Shown in pieces: positions 12,043 through 25,955 of a stretch of DNA of 64,000 nucleotides. The stretch's first letter is position 1; every line of letters begins with the position of its first letter. The notes under the pieces were generated by a model, which was not told where the DNA came from, did not search any database, and was given only the letters and a program-made list of their open reading frames with translations. This stretch comes from Eledone cirrhosa. Taxonomy: Eukaryota. A program made the position numbers and the translations under genes. Location: positions 36,332,001 through 36,396,000 of the forward strand of contig OZ024745.1 of NCBI GenBank assembly GCA_964016885.1, given 5' to 3'.

Positions 12043-14569
12043 TTATACATACATATTGTATTCAATGCATAGTCTACAATGAAGGTACTATTTAAAATAA
12101 CTGCAACGATTCTTACATTATTTATCTCATTTCCTTCCTACCGATTCTTTCAGTGTGATTTTTTTCACAAAACATATTTTCTTCTGTTGATGTTGCTAAA
12201 GTGGTACGAAGAAGAGAATGGCTTCTTTTTTTTGTTAGGTTAACAATAGAAATATGTTTAAAATAAATCACCGTTTGTATACTAAATAAAAAACGAAAAC
12301 GAAAGAAAGAAGATTAATTATAGGAAGTAAGTGAAATTCTATAACCCAATCTTTGCAGTATACTACATATTCTCCCCACACAAAAATAGGGAAGTATTAG
12401 TCGTGGAAAACAGCAAGCAAGACCTGCTGTAATGAATGATTCTACCCCCAAAGGACATCATCCTCGGATAGATTGCTCTCTGTCTTGCGGATGAAAAAAT
12501 GTAGTTCATGGACGGAACACACCAAAGATTTTGACGGCGAATGGCAGAAAATGAAGCAGTTGGTCGAATCCCATTATTTTGCTATCTTCCTTTTCTCCAC
12601 GTTATAGCCCTCATTGTCCAGGTAAGTAACCGAAACAACAAGGTTGAAGATGGAAAACGTGTCGCAGTATATTCTAAAACTCAAAAGACAATAAAAACAA
12701 TGAGTAGGCTGACTGAGAATTGTTATGATATAGGTAGCTCTGATTTACAGTACAGGCAAGAGGATACATTATACCCCTTACTTATTTTCCTTCTATTTTC
12801 CTGTTTTATTTCTTTTGATATTATTGTTTTGGTATTATACGTATCCGACCACGCACATGGCTAAACACTCACGCTATAATTTTAGACTTATACAACATAT
12901 AGACAAGTGTGTTAGGGAAAGATAGTTTAGATAGATTGCTTTAAGTGTTGTACTCGTAGATTAAAATATTAGTGGAGATTAGATTGTCTTCGGAATTATA
13001 CTTGGTAATTTAAATCCTAGGTTGAGGAGATTCAGATAGCGATATTTTAAAATATATATTTAAATTAATGAATAAAGAAGTGCAATAAAGAAACCCATTC
13101 TCAAGTTTATGTGTAAGAACGTGGAAAAGGTAATTATGAAACAATTAAATCAGAGAAGATTTTTAATTAACATGCAATAATTGGTGGGGGGGGGGGGGTG
13201 TAATGAAAGTTTAGATTTTAAAAATGTAGTTAAATGTGAAAGAAATATTTTATAATAAAAACGAATTGTTTTTCATAAAAATGAAGGTAATAAAGGGAGA
13301 CGTATTATCCCGGTAATATCAATATGTTAGAGCGTTCTTGACTTAATAATTATTAAACAATTAAATCAGGGGAAATTTCTGAAGTTTACATATAATAAAT
13401 GAAGAAACACTCTTACTACTACTACTACTACTACAACTACTACTACTACTACTACTACTACGACGACGACGACGATGACAACGGCTGCTACTAGAAAGAT
13501 AAAGAAGAGGAAGAGGGTGCTGGCAACAGATTGCCCATCTCAGGAATGGAACATATCCTTTCCACAAGGAGTTGAAGAGCAAGTTCTCCAATTTGGTAAG
13601 GTGGTAATAACGACGGTGAGGCGGTAATAGATTACAGATGGGATGCGTATTTTGTCCGGTTTTATATGGAGGAACACCTCCAAGCTGATCCCATACCAGT
13701 GGTTTCTGCGTGTTCCATTTACTTCCAGGAGAGTATCAATCCCTTACAAGATAACGCATACCAGGATCCACAAGATATTGAACTCTTTTGTGATCCAATA
13801 AATTCTTACCCTTACTATTCTCCTCCATAAATATGAAGGGAAAACTACAGGGAATTCTACAGAGGCATACAGAAGGTTTTATGGTCAGAGCTTCACTCTT
13901 AAAGAGCACTTAAATGTTTGCATGCTTCCTCGCTCTTGAAATGTGGTCTGTGTCAGGCATTATGTCTTACATAGGGCTTTCCACTTAAGTCTGGGGTTTT
14001 TCTGGTGCAACCAATGCCTCTGCGGGGATAGCTACATGTGATTAGTCTATTAATTCGTAGGTTTTGCGGTTGTGTTAACGGTGTTGCATTCCGGAATTGT
14101 ATCATATTTTTCTTGTCGTTGCCGTTGTTTTTACTTGTGCTGATTTTGTTGACGTTGCCGTTGTTGTTGCTGCGGCTGTTGTTGGTGACAGTGGCGTTGT
14201 GGGTGATGACAGTAGTCGTGATAGTTTTGACATTGTTAATGTTACTCTTCACAGTGGCATCTACATTGCTTTCATAATCCACGCTTATCTGGGGAAAATG
14301 TTGCCGCTCTGGCAGGGTGTGGTGTGGTAGAATCCTTCAATTGTTTTACGAAAGTTTTACACCAATCGAACATTCTGAATGTATATGCAATAAATGTAGT
14401 GAGAAATGTAAGAATCATTACATTATTTAATATGTCGGCAGATTTTAAAGGAAATCTGTATGACGAAAAACATTTTTTCATGATTTTTTAATAAGTCACT
14501 GGGTCTCAAATTTTGCGAGACGAATGTATTGAGTTTGTAGAACTAGTACTTTACTGGCAGCTTATATTG

Positions 14570-14714
<145 letters not shown>

Positions 14715-15732
14715 GATTTCAAGATTAATACTCTATGAATAGTATTCTCCCTTTGACCCAAACAACGGAATAGATTCAAAATATCCTCCTAAAACCAATA
14801 TAATGTGTTGAAAGGCTCCCGAAGGGTTTAACAAAGGAGTCTGTGATAAACAATAAAAGGCGATTGTCAAGAATTGAACGCTTTTGATTATAGAATTGTT
14901 ATATCAATCTTACCTGAGGCAAATAACAGCAACACAGGAATATCGATCCTAGAAATCTGAATCAATCTAGCGAGACATATTTTTCTACAAATATACAATG
15001 TCTCATGATCATATTTTGTACTACGCATATATCATGATGATGTGCTATAGATATTAGAATGATCAAGAAACATAATATAGAGGAATTCGAAACTTGGTAG
15101 TGTGAGATTCTGTTGTAACGTAGGAAGCACATTCCCGGTAGATGCGATTGAACGAAAGAAAAAAGAGGGACATTCTAGAAGCATGGGACGCTGAGTAGGA
15201 AAAGAAGACTAAACTTCATGCAATCTAATGTCTTTAGTTGACAAAAGCACATTCACTTCATTAATAAAGGAAATAGCCTGGAAAATTAATTGAAATGTTT
15301 TTAACCAGCAAAATAAAACCGAATAATTGAATTATGTAGCATAGAAATAACTTTCTCTATCTCCTGTACTTACCACCATCGTTTATCACATAATTTGGCT
15401 CTCTGTCTGAACTGTTATTGGAAATAAGTGTTCTGTATCATTTATTCAATTAGACCAATATTCCACGTGAATAGTACTGGTACAAAATTAAACCAGGAAT
15501 CCTATTATTTCAATGACTGCAATACGTATTCAATATATTTCGAATTTCTATTTGACATTTCCAATCAATAAAATAACACAATTAACTTATAAGTCACCGA
15601 GAATATCATGATTTTTATTTAATTGAATAGAGGAGAGAAAATGAAATTAGGTAGTTAAGATGGTATATTTACTAATTTAAGACAGAACAGATTTATTTTA
15701 TACGGAACACGTTTGGGTGGATAGCTCTAGAG

Positions 15733-17967
15733 CAGGCATGTCAAACTGAGGATCCCCCCAAGGGCCGCATGGGTCATATTTGTGTTGTCTGAGGGCAGCA
15801 CACAACAAGTAATTGTGCACATTACAACTAATTAAAGTAATTTAATAAAATGAAGTGGTTTGACAAAAAACTAAAATTTTAAACAGCAACAAATACATTG
15901 TACAAAAATAACAACAGTTGAAAACTGAACATTTATTTGCTAGTATTCAACCATATTTAGTGTTGACACCTCTTTTTGTTGACAATTTTTTGTATGTCTG
16001 GCTGAAAGGTCTATACAGCTCCGACTGATAAGTGTTGATCAGTCAGCCTTGTTCTCTGAGAAGCTTTTGTTAATTCCATGAAGGAAAATAACTGTTCACA
16101 CACATAGGTAGAACCAAACATTGCCATAATCATTGTGGCAAACTTTCTGAAGTTTTAAAACTTTTCAGGAAGGTATGAAAAGAAACCAGGTATCCGTACT
16201 TCAAGATACTTTGCTCTGTAGAGTGTAGAATCTGACTGCATTTCCAATAGCTCTATCTGCAGGCTTTCTTCTGCCTTGGCAACATCAAAGGTGAATGGTG
16301 CTGAGAATAATGCAAACTGTGTTCAAAAGATGAGAAATCACAAAATCTTTCCTAAAATGTCTTTGACACCAACTCCAGGTGACTGTCATAAGTACAGAAT
16401 AAGTATTGGCAGTGTTTTTCAGCTCTTTGCACATAGGAAAATGAACTAAATTTTCATTTGGCAACTGTGACTTTCATAAGCTTATTTTCCTAATGAAGAA
16501 CTTGATGTCATCATACGACTAAGTGATGAGTTTGTTTTTAAATTTTAATTTCAAATTAAGATTAGTTAATTATGCAGTAATATCCACAGCAAAGCCAGAT
16601 CTTGGAGCCAACCCTCATCTTTTATTTCATCTGTGTTTTGACCTTTCATTTCCAAAAACATTATTATTTCTTGCCTCAATAAATAGAATCTTTTCAGCAC
16701 TTTGTGACATGACAACCAGCAGACTTCTGTGTAGAATGGAACATCGGTGAACTGATTATCCCTATTTTCCAACAACTGGCAGAACTAGCGGCGGTTAAGA
16801 GCACGGCCTCTGATATAGTTCACTGTCTTTATGGCTAAGCTAAGCACATGATGCAATTTTAAAATCTTTGAACACAAATTTTGCTGATGAATAATAGAGT
16901 GAAAATGTGCAAATGATGAATCTGGATGCGAGTTTTCTATTTTTGTTCGTAACCTGGCAGTAACACCATTATGTCTGCCAACCATATTCGCAGCACCTTC
17001 ATTAGATAAGCATGCAAGTTTACTCAAATCAAAGCCATAGTCATGCAGAACCTAGTCGAGCTTCTCCAAGATGTCCTGGCCTGTTATAGTGTCATGCATG
17101 GGGACAAGTTCAATCAGTTCTTCATAAATATTAAATTCACTGTCAGAGGCCCTGATGAAGAATGCAAGCTGTCCTATTCCAGTGATGTCAACGGTCTCAT
17201 CAATAGCAATAAAAAAAATAGTCAACCGTGATTAAAGAGCCTCCAACTGTTGTTTCAGATCACCTGACAGTTCATCAATCCGTTCAGCAACGTTAATGAA
17301 ATGTCTTTGTATAACTGTGCTTTCTCTGAACATACAATTTCAGTTGTTTTTCCAAGGCATTGCTTTACAAAATATCCGTCATGCCACTCATGGCGATCAT
17401 TCGGCTAAGTTCATAGCTTGCAGTAACGGAAGCAACATTCTCTTCCTGAATTTATATAAAACAGGTTTGTTGCTGTGTCAAGTTAGCCTTCAATTCCTTG
17501 AGTCTTGAAACATGCATTGCGCCTTCATATTTATTGTAAGGTCGATGCCTTTTCAAACAGTACTCTTTTGGCGTGGCGATGCAGTTGTTGCAAATTAAAC
17601 AGTGTATCTTTCCGTTCACTGTTGTACAAAAATACTGTAATTCCCACTTTTCTTGAAACACTCGCCCTTCTTCGTTCAATTTACTTTTTCTCTTAGCTGG
17701 AGGAACACTAGCCATTTTAAAAGAAAAAAGGTTTGAAATATTGAAAGAAAGTTTTCTGTTTACAACTGTTAATGAGCTGCGCGTGATTCATCGGAAGTTA
17801 AAATAACTTGACAAAAATCGCAGAAAAATAAAATCATATCGAATTTTGTTTTTATTTGATATTACGAAGATAAAAAATGCTCACGCTGTAAAAATATTTC
17901 TGCGGGCAGCAGATGTGCTTGCAAAGCGCCGCATGCGGCTCGCGGGCCGCAATTTTTCACGTGCCTG
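15733..17967 (-). mobile_element. hAT DNA transposon, Charlie/Buster group
   Basis: Ends CAGGCATGTCAAA... and ...TTTTCACGTGCCTG with sub-terminal GGGCCGCA motifs; 8-bp flanks CTCTAGAG and GTCTAGAA fit the NTCTAGAN target. Confidence 0.9.
15957..17715 (-). pseudogene. Disrupted hAT transposase (SPIN/OC1/GTF2IRD2-like)
   Basis: RVFQEKWELQYF...CLIC (BED-type finger), GAANMVG, HSIIHQQNLC, TVNYIR, EVCWLS, AMFGSTYVCEQLFS; several frameshifts and stops. Confidence 0.88.
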
Positions 17968-18021
17968 GTCTAGAAAGATGAGAAACAAAACGAGGATGTA
18001 GTTTATGCAACACCCAAATGA

Positions 18022-18520
18022 TTTAGAAGTCGACCTTAAGTAGGAGCAATAACATTAAGAAAGACAAGAACGAAACCACAACATTTTGTTTGGAAAATTT
18101 TGAAAGTAGGTGTATAAGTATGAATTTTCAGTAGATTTACGTAGATGTCTCGTGGACCAGCAGTAGGTACCAGAGCCGGTGGAGATCTTGGTCGTGGGTT
18201 CAATACTGGTCGAGAGAAATATGTAATCTTTTCAAGTTTTTATTTTCCATCTCATAGAAAAAAAATGAAAACTTTTACAGAGAATGCTACTTCGGACCAG
18301 GATCGAACTTCAGACCAGGATCACCACCGTCTATGATTCCTCCATCCAGACCACCGAGAAAGCTACATAAGTATAATGAGAATTATTAACTATAAACCTA
18401 CTTTCAAAATCAAAGTTAAGAAATAATAAGGGCTATCCTTGTGCTATTAGTCATATTTAGGGCCGACTTGTCAATCTTCTTGCACTTTGGTAACAACCTA
18501 TTATTCCTATGTGTGTTGAA
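18022..18520. mobile_element. Imperfect ~440 bp palindromic element containing opposed tRNA-like heads
   Basis: ttttgaaagtaggt..ctcgtggacc..GGTTCAATACTGGTC versus GACCAGGATCGAAC..agaccaccgag..aacctactttcaaaa; second copy at 18994-19465. Confidence 0.55.
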
Positions 18521-18583
18521 TTAAAGTAGTTTGAATATGTTGAACTGTTGAATTAAAGTAGTTTGAATATGTTAACAAACAAA

Positions 18584-18634
<51 letters not shown>

Positions 18635-18778
18635 ATATTAATAAAGGGAAACTAGATTTATAAATATAGTATCCATCTATTAATATATTGTGTATTTACT
18701 CCACTAATTTGTTGAGTGCTTTATATCAGTTATAACATGTTTCAGCTTGTTGAATCCCAACAAATTATATATAACCTC

Positions 18779-18824
<46 letters not shown>

Positions 18825-18993
18825 CATCATTTTAAGTTTGAATCGAACTGACATCATATATATATGAATAAGGTCAGCCCAAATCATGGTAGATTATAAT
18901 ATCACAGAGGGGAAGAGAGAGAGAGAGGGGGTGGGGAGCAGATGAGGTGCGACAGAAATGAAACATGGCTTACAGCTTAAAATATAGTCTACT

Positions 18994-19465
18994 TTTAGAA
19001 GTCGACCTTAAGTAGGAGCAATAACATTAAGAAGGATACGAACGAAACAACATCATTTTATTTTGAAAATTTTGAAAGTAGGTTTATAAGTAATAATTTT
19101 CATAAGATTTTCGTAGTTCTTTAAGTGGCATACCGGTAGGTGCTAGAGACTGCGAAGATCCTCGTCATGAGTTCAATCCTGGTCAAATTAGCCGTTTTAA
19201 GTTTTTATTTTACATCCCAAATCATGGTCTAGCGGTAGGTATTAAAGACGGTAGGTATTAGAGCGATAGGTATTAGAGTCTTCGGTTCAATCCTGGTCCT
19301 TTTCAGTTTATATTTTAGAAAAAAAATGAAAAGATTTACAAAATTAAAGTTTAAAATATGTGATGTCTTTATTTGCTTTCCTTGTGCTATTGGGCGTATT
19401 TAGAGTCGACTTGTAAATCTTCTGGCTCTTTGGTAACAACCTATTATTCCTATGTGTGTTTAACT
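18994..19465. mobile_element. Second, rearranged copy of the 18022-18520 element
   Basis: Shares tttagaagtcgaccttaagtaggagcaataacattaaga and tttggtaacaacctattattcctatgtgtgtt; contains TGGTCTAGCGGTAGG and GGTTCAATCC boxes. Confidence 0.6.
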
Positions 19466-19744
19466 GTTATATATACATATATATACACATACATATATAT
19501 ATACACATACATATATACACATATACACATACATATATATATATATATATACATATATACATATATATACATATATATGTATGTATATATATATACATAT
19601 ATTTTGAGTATATGTTGGTTGTATACCAACACCTCAGTATGCAGATTGGAGCACACGACGAAGTGCGCAGGTTGGGTTGGTTACTCCGGAGTAATGTAAA
19701 ATAAAATAAATAAGTCAAATGTTTAAAATTTGGCTTCGTTTATT

Positions 19745-19799
19745 ACTGCTATATATATTTCGGTGACAGCTATCTTTGGCTGTGACCTCTTCAGGCAGT
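19745..19799 (-). ncRNA. Type I hammerhead in an inverted pLTR (19602-19843)
   Basis: Minus strand: ACTGC-CTGAAGA-GGTcACAGC-caaagata-GCTGTcACC-GAAA-TATATA-TA-GCAGT; perfect 5-bp stem I, AUA site, AATAAA follows. Confidence 0.85.
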
Positions 19800-19843
19800 C
19801 CGAATTAGTGTGGTAGAGACGAGTACACATGTTGTTGAGGTGT

Positions 19844-20400
19844 TTAGACCTAACCCGAGAGGAGGTGAGCATCATTCACGCCGCAAGAAAGACCTTAATC
19901 TGTTTCGATGGTGACATTTGGACCAGGAGTGATTGGCCAAATAACTTTGACATCACGATGGGCTCCAGCGACTCAGCACAGGTAACGGACGTGGTTGGGC
20001 TCTTCCTGCTGAATCAGATAAAAGATGAAATCCCCTGCCTGGGCGGCGGATTATATCGTGACGATGCTCTCTTCACAGTATATGACCACAGCACCAATAT
20101 GTTGGAGGGAATGAGGAGGCGTATTCGCCATTTCTTTAAGAACCAGGGGCTCAGTATCTAACTAGACACAAATAGAAAGGTATTTAACTTCCTAGACACC
20201 ACCCTAAACCTGAACACCGAACAATACTACCCCTACCACACGCCAATCCAAACCACCCTAGATCCATAACCAAGGCCGTGGTGAAGAGTGTCTCGGACAG
20301 GATGTCCAGCCTATACGCAAGTAAGGAAATCTTCGATAACAACGCGGGATATTACAACGCAGCTCTAAATAAGGCGGCACATGGCTAAAATATAACATAT
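19844..20400 (+). pseudogene. PLE reverse transcriptase fragment, Naiad-like
   Basis: FDITMGSSDSAQVTDVVGLFLL, GLYRDD, NFLDTTLNL, SNHPRSITK; stop and internal deletion. Clade assignment is from recalled motifs. Confidence 0.8.
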
Positions 20401-20661
20401 AGTCCGAAAGGCCGGGATGGGGATGGCCCAACGGACACCCCACACCCGCGTTGTCCGGGGGGAGGGCGAACCGTAACAATACAGGCAGAACAGATACAAA
20501 TAGGCACCATGAGCCCGACACCACCACACGGGCGTTGGTGACGAGTACGTTTAACCATGAGATGAAACCCAATATGAGTAGCAGTCACAGGGGTGATGCT
20601 AACCACCCCGGGCCAGACGACCCCAACCGCAGGACACGTGGGGGGGGGGGACACGACCCCA

Positions 20662-20988
20662 CGGTGGATCTCCCAAATATACTTTCAAACGTTCAATCAT
20701 CTGGCAGGAAGGTATACGTTGCTGACGATAGCTAATAAGCTTGAGTCTAGAACAGCGTTCCTTTGTCAGTGTCGAACAAATGAACAACGATGGTGGCTAG
20801 ACACTGTACGGTTTAATTCGGGATGTTTGTGTTACAAACACACCGTGCATTATAATTAATATTCAGTGAAACCATACGTACATATATATATGTGTGCATG
20901 TATGTATATATATATATATACATACTACTGTACGTCTGTATACATATATGCATGTACGTATACATACTTATCCCACCTCTATCTCTTC

Positions 20989-20990
<2 letters not shown>
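20662..20990 (+). mobile_element. Family C pLTR module with inactivated hammerhead (20716-20758)
   Basis: ACGTTG-CTGACGA-tAGCT-aata-AGCTt-GAGT-CTAG-AA-CAGCGT; paralogue of 42239-42281 with GAAA and UH mutated. Confidence 0.75.
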
Positions 20991-21030
<40 letters not shown>

Positions 21031-21037
<7 letters not shown>

Positions 21038-21649
21038 ATATTGAGTTAGAAACTCGAAATAGTCTCTTACAATAAAATAACTCAAGGAAAGACATTTTTC
21101 CGGGCCGTCTAGTATAATTGAATATAAAAGAGAGATAAATACAGAATATACATATATGTGTTCAAATCGCAAGGGACTAGATTTGCTAGTGTGAAAAAAA
21201 TACTAACTATGGTCAATAGGGTTTGCCAGACTCAATTTAAGAATAAATCAACAAACCGGAATTGTGGTAACAACCAGACACCCATACAGCGTTTGGCGAT
21301 GCTGTTTCACAATCCAATTGTGAAGAGAATTACCAATTCTTATTTCTCATCAGTGGGTGTAAAATTAGTAAACTCTTCACTTCTAAGTATATCAGAAAAC
21401 TGAATAGTGTGCGTATATACATAACGCACATGGCATCAGAACCTAGCGTGTCTCACAAACACATACCACTAAAAACAGCAGCCAAGTTTACTCGACATTT
21501 AAATTAGCTCAACAAATTAACTGAGCCGAATATATCAAAGGTATATATTGAGTCAGAAACTCAAAATAGACCCTTACGAATCTGGTCCCTTGCGATTTGA
21601 ACACAGATATGTATATATCTGTTTATCGCTCTTTTATATTCAATTATAC

Positions 21650-21651
<2 letters not shown>
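21031..21651 (+). mobile_element. Family B module (X-Y-Z'-spacer-X-Z) with inverted ~73 bp arms
   Basis: Z' 21110-21183 is the reverse complement of Z 21579-21651; X occurs at 21031 and 21538. Other copies at 28516-28773 and 33206-33281. Confidence 0.7.
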
Positions 21652-21682
<31 letters not shown>

Positions 21683-21835
21683 ATGTATATGTATGTATGC
21701 ATGTATTTTATATATATCTATATGTGTGTGTGTGTGTATATATATATATACATACATATATGTATATATATATGTGTATATATATATATGTATATAGATA
21801 TATATATATATGTAAATATATATATATATATATAT

Positions 21836-22302
21836 TAGTATAGTAATAATAATAAATTTGAAGACTAAAATCCAAAGAGGGCTCGATAAGGATAGATATA
21901 TATCAAATATATAAGAACCGTAGAGCAAATATTTATTATATATATATATTAAAATAACAGATTAAAGTTTAAGCAAAGAATCGCTGCTTTCATCCTTAAC
22001 GGGATCTTCTGAAACTAACAAAGTCAATCTGTAAACGCAGAACTGGATATTTCAAAAAACGTTGCAACCGGAGGAAGACAGGAAGACGATACTTTGGTTC
22101 GTGGAAACGTTCGCTGGCAAAGAACGGGAAAAAACGAATGATACGTCATTAATAGGAGCTGTGAAAAACAATTACGCGCAAAGACAGAACCACGTTTATG
22201 GTATTGTTTAAGATGTGGTCTGTGGCGTAGAGTATTTCCCCGTTAAGGGTGAAAGCATCGATTCTTTGCTTAAACTTTAATCTGTTATTTTAATAAATAT
22301 AT
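21836..22302 (-). mobile_element. Family E pLTR-like module with inverted short arm (22239-22297)
   Basis: 21836-22135 is the reverse complement of 56917-57196; the short arm starts at CCCGTTAAGGGT-GAAA. Confidence 0.7.
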
Positions 22303-22330
22303 ATTAGTATATATATATATATATATATTA

Positions 22331-22388
22331 GTCCAGAATTAGCCGTCGAAACGGCTTGAGCTCAGCCGTCGGGGTCCTACTTGTTCTT
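22331..22388 (+). mobile_element. Family A fragment starting at the stem II loop
   Basis: gtcCAGAATTAGCCGTC-GAAA-CGGC..GCCG-TC-gggg between TA tracts. Confidence 0.7.
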
Positions 22389-22725
22389 ATATATATATAT
22401 ATGTATGTATAAAAGTAATATATATGAGTAATAAGTAATATATAATATATATTTATACTTTTATACACGGCTCAGGAATATTTCCTTTCGAGCTAATTCC
22501 ATTGTAAAAGAATTCCTTACACTTAATATATGTATGTATATATATATATGTGTGTACATATATATGTATATATATACATGTACATATATGTATATACATA
22601 TGTATATACGTATATGTACATACATATATGTATATACATCCATGTATGTAGATATATGTACATACATATATGTATATAAATATGTATATACATACACATA
22701 TATGTATGTACATATGTATATGTAT

Positions 22726-22880
22726 ATAATTGTTTCTACTTTTGGCACAAGGCCAGCAATTGTTCCAGTGTATTACTGGTACTTTTTTATCGACGCCGTA
22801 AGGATGAAAGGTAAAGTTAACCTCGACGGAATTTGAACTCAGAATGGCAAGGGATGAAACTTTATGCCTCAAACATGGCG
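22726..22880 (-). mobile_element. SINE, head truncated at the PLE2 junction
   Basis: Reverse complement of SINE core and tail; homology stops at ...aaacATGGCG. Confidence 0.8.
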
Positions 22881-25423
22881 AGCCAGGCCCAGTTCACAAC
22901 TGTAAAGAAACTCTTCCAGCTATCTGAAAAGCGCGCCAAAGCCGGCTGCCAAATAAATTTCCTAAAATGATGCCTGAGTAACAACATCATTCCCAAAACC
23001 ATCAAAAATTTACACCTACCAACATGCTTCAATTCACCAGGCCTCAAACGATCACTCAGTTACATACAAAAATTCTGCCTAAGAAAACTCATACAACACC
23101 TACACCGCACGCTACAACATCACATACGGACTATCTCCAGCCTTGTACCACAACTCGCTGAAACCCCAGAACCTCTGTCCAAGGTCATCTCCGCCACTAT
23201 ACACAGGTCATACCACCACCGCCGAGACTACGAGAAAATACGCCTAAAACAAAAATTTCTCAAACTCAGGACGGCCAACTGTCTTAACAACATCCCAACG
23301 CCAAACACCAACAGAGGCGAACAATACGTTACCAACACCGAACCTAGCGGCACCCTGACCAACAACACACCTGACGCAAAACACCTCGTCACAGACTTGA
23401 CAGGACCCCTCTCTCGAGAGGAATTAGACCTCCTCAGCCTGGGTCCCAAGTTCATATTGAAACAGAGACTGGACGACAGACTATGGCTCGACATAGAAAC
23501 GAATTTCTGTCGGACTGCCTACCAACTGAAATGGATATCGACTCTCGACAACAACACCACGGAATCCACCACACCCAGATTCCCGATATACCAACTAGAT
23601 CGCCCACTCTATCCACCGCCCGCCAACCGCGAGCTGGAAGAAAAACTCTCGAGACTAAAACATTCCGTATTTAACATCTTACGGAAACAGAAGAAGATGG
23701 CCCCTAACCTCTCCAGGACACAACAACTCGCCCTGAAGAACCTACGGAATAAGGAACTTATTTACTTACCATCCGACAAAGGTAAAGAGTTCTGCGTCAT
23801 CTCTCAAGCCACATACAATAACCTAGCCTTGGAACACCTAAGTGACAGTGAACTGTACACAGTGATCCCGGACATGACCGCAGCCCAAATCGAAAAACAG
23901 ACCAACCCCATTTGGTTCGATATCTGTAGGAGAAGACAACTCCCGAATAAAATTAAACTCAACTACACCACTAGAAATAGCAGACTGCCCACTTTCTACC
24001 ACCTCATCAAGACCCACAAGAATAGCACTAAGACGCATATAAGACCCATCGTCTCTAGCATAGAAGGACCCCTATACAACATTTCCTGGCTTCTCTCCCA
24101 GGTCCTCAAGCCTCTACTCTCCACCTTCCCCGGACATGTCAGTAGCTCCGACGAAGTTATACGTAGATTACACCAACTCCACAGCCAGAACAACTTAAAC
24201 TTAATAAATACGCTTTTAGCCTCGACGTTGTCTCCCTCTACACTACAGTCCCCGCTCACCCAGCTGTCGATTTATTGACGGACTGCGTGGTCGCAGAGAA
24301 CATCCACTGCTACGGCCTCCACCCGACGGACATACACCAACTTTTGTCCTTCACAGTAGACAACACGTACTTCACCTTCCACCACCACACATACAGACAG
24401 ACAACAGGATTACCCATGGGATCCAGCCTCTCTGGCCTGCTGGCCATCACTTACATGAACCAGCTAGAATGCCGAGCCCTGAACACCTGCCATTCCCATG
24501 CCTTCTTCACCCGATATGTAGATGACATACTCATCCTTACATCATCCCCTGAGGAGGCAGAGAAAATATACACAACATTCTCCAGCATGGACGCCAGTAT
24601 AAAGTTCAGCATAGAACACCCCGATGACCGCGGATCCCTATCCCTGCTGGACTTCCAACTCAGGGTAACAGACGAAGGCAACATCCACACCTGCTTCTAT
24701 AAAAAATCCGCCAGCAGGGACCTGTTCGTACATTTCAGATCGGCCCTCCCACTCGGTGCCAAGTTCGGATACATAAAGAACGAACTGGCACGTATCAAGA
24801 ACAAATGCACCGACGCCAGAGACCGAGACACACACACCACACATTTCCTGGAAGTACTCAAACTGAACGGATACACGACATCCACCACAAACCGTGCCAG
24901 AAAGAACAGAGGACACCACACCCGAGGCACTAACACTTGCTTCCTGAAGCTCCCACAATTCAGTGAAGAAACAACAACAGCCATCCGCAGAGCCATCAGA
25001 CGAGAAGGTCTGGATATTCAACTGGCCCATTCGGGTCCTTCTTTGCGTGGACGGCTAGCTAAGAGACACTCCACCAGACATGACAACTGCTGCAGACTAG
25101 CCAACTGCCCCATCAACGACACAGACCTATGCCACCAGGCTTACGTAGTTTACAGACTAGAGTGTGACAAATGCAACAACTTCTACATAGGTAGCACCAC
25201 CAGACCACTCCACATAAGAATAAAAGAACACCTCAATACTAACGCTTCCTCATTTAAGAAACACCTAGTTAAATGCAAAAACACTGATAAAAACATAACA
25301 GTTAGGATAGAAACTAAGGAAAGAAACCTCGGCAATCTTAGAATCAAGGAAGCACTCATTATAGATAGAACACATCCACCAATCAATAATAGACTAGAGC
25401 TCAACACCCAATTTATAACCTGA
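22875..25423 (+). pseudogene. PLE RT-GIY-YIG polyprotein (~850 codons; one TGA at 22968, one frameshift near 24200)
   Basis: FLK*C..IIPK, LSLGPKF, SDKG, FYHLIKTHK, RPIVS, SLDVVSLYT, GLPMGSSLS, RYVDD, LSLLDF, VVYRLECDKC..YIGSTTRPLHIRIKEH, KEALII..PPIN. Confidence 0.92.
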
Positions 25424-25804
25424 TAGGGCCTCTAGCCCCACTTTACACACCCCACACACACGCACGCGCACACCTCCACTTATTCTCTCTCACACATACA
25501 CACACAAAACCAGTTCTAACACCAGATAACACCTACCCCCCACTTTTACGATTAGACCTATCTTCCCACACTCACACACACACACCCACATACCTACACC
25601 TTCATGCTTTCTCCCACACACATATACAGGCACGCATATAAAATTTAAAAAAAACACAACAAAAACATAAACAAACCCCACTTAAAGAGAGACTACTCTT
25701 TACCCACCTAATTTTAATTCTTTGATATTAAAGTTAGAACTCTATACTATTTCCGGTCAGCATGGCTTCATTGGAAATTTAGACGCTGGTCTGAGACTTT
25801 TACT

Positions 25805-25842
25805 TCCCTCCGAAGAAGAGATATTATCTCGAAAATTAAGGA
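25805..25842 (+). ncRNA. Hammerhead-like motif in the PLE2 3' end
   Basis: TCCCT-CCGAAGA-aGAGATA-t-TATCTC-GAAA-AT-TA-AGGA; U4 to C change in the core. Confidence 0.55.
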
Positions 25843-25955
25843 CATTTAAATAAATTCAAGGTGAAAGACGAATTCTCATCAATATCTCTCACTATTGCAT
25901 TCTTTTTTCTATGTCCATATCTGCATTGTCTTGGCCTTATTACACATAGTCTAAC

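Noticed and set aside
13540-13960. Decayed LINE 3' region
   Set aside because: Only vague resemblance across several frames; not supportable without a search.
18729-18775. Minus-strand stem-GAAA-CATG-TT with GTTAT/ATAAC stem as a hammerhead
   Set aside because: The CUGANGA box is absent; at most a relic 3' half.
22968-22970. In-frame TGA in PLE2 as selenocysteine
   Set aside because: It lies at the position before the conserved Cys (FLKxC) and is most simply CGA to TGA decay; the copy also has a frameshift.
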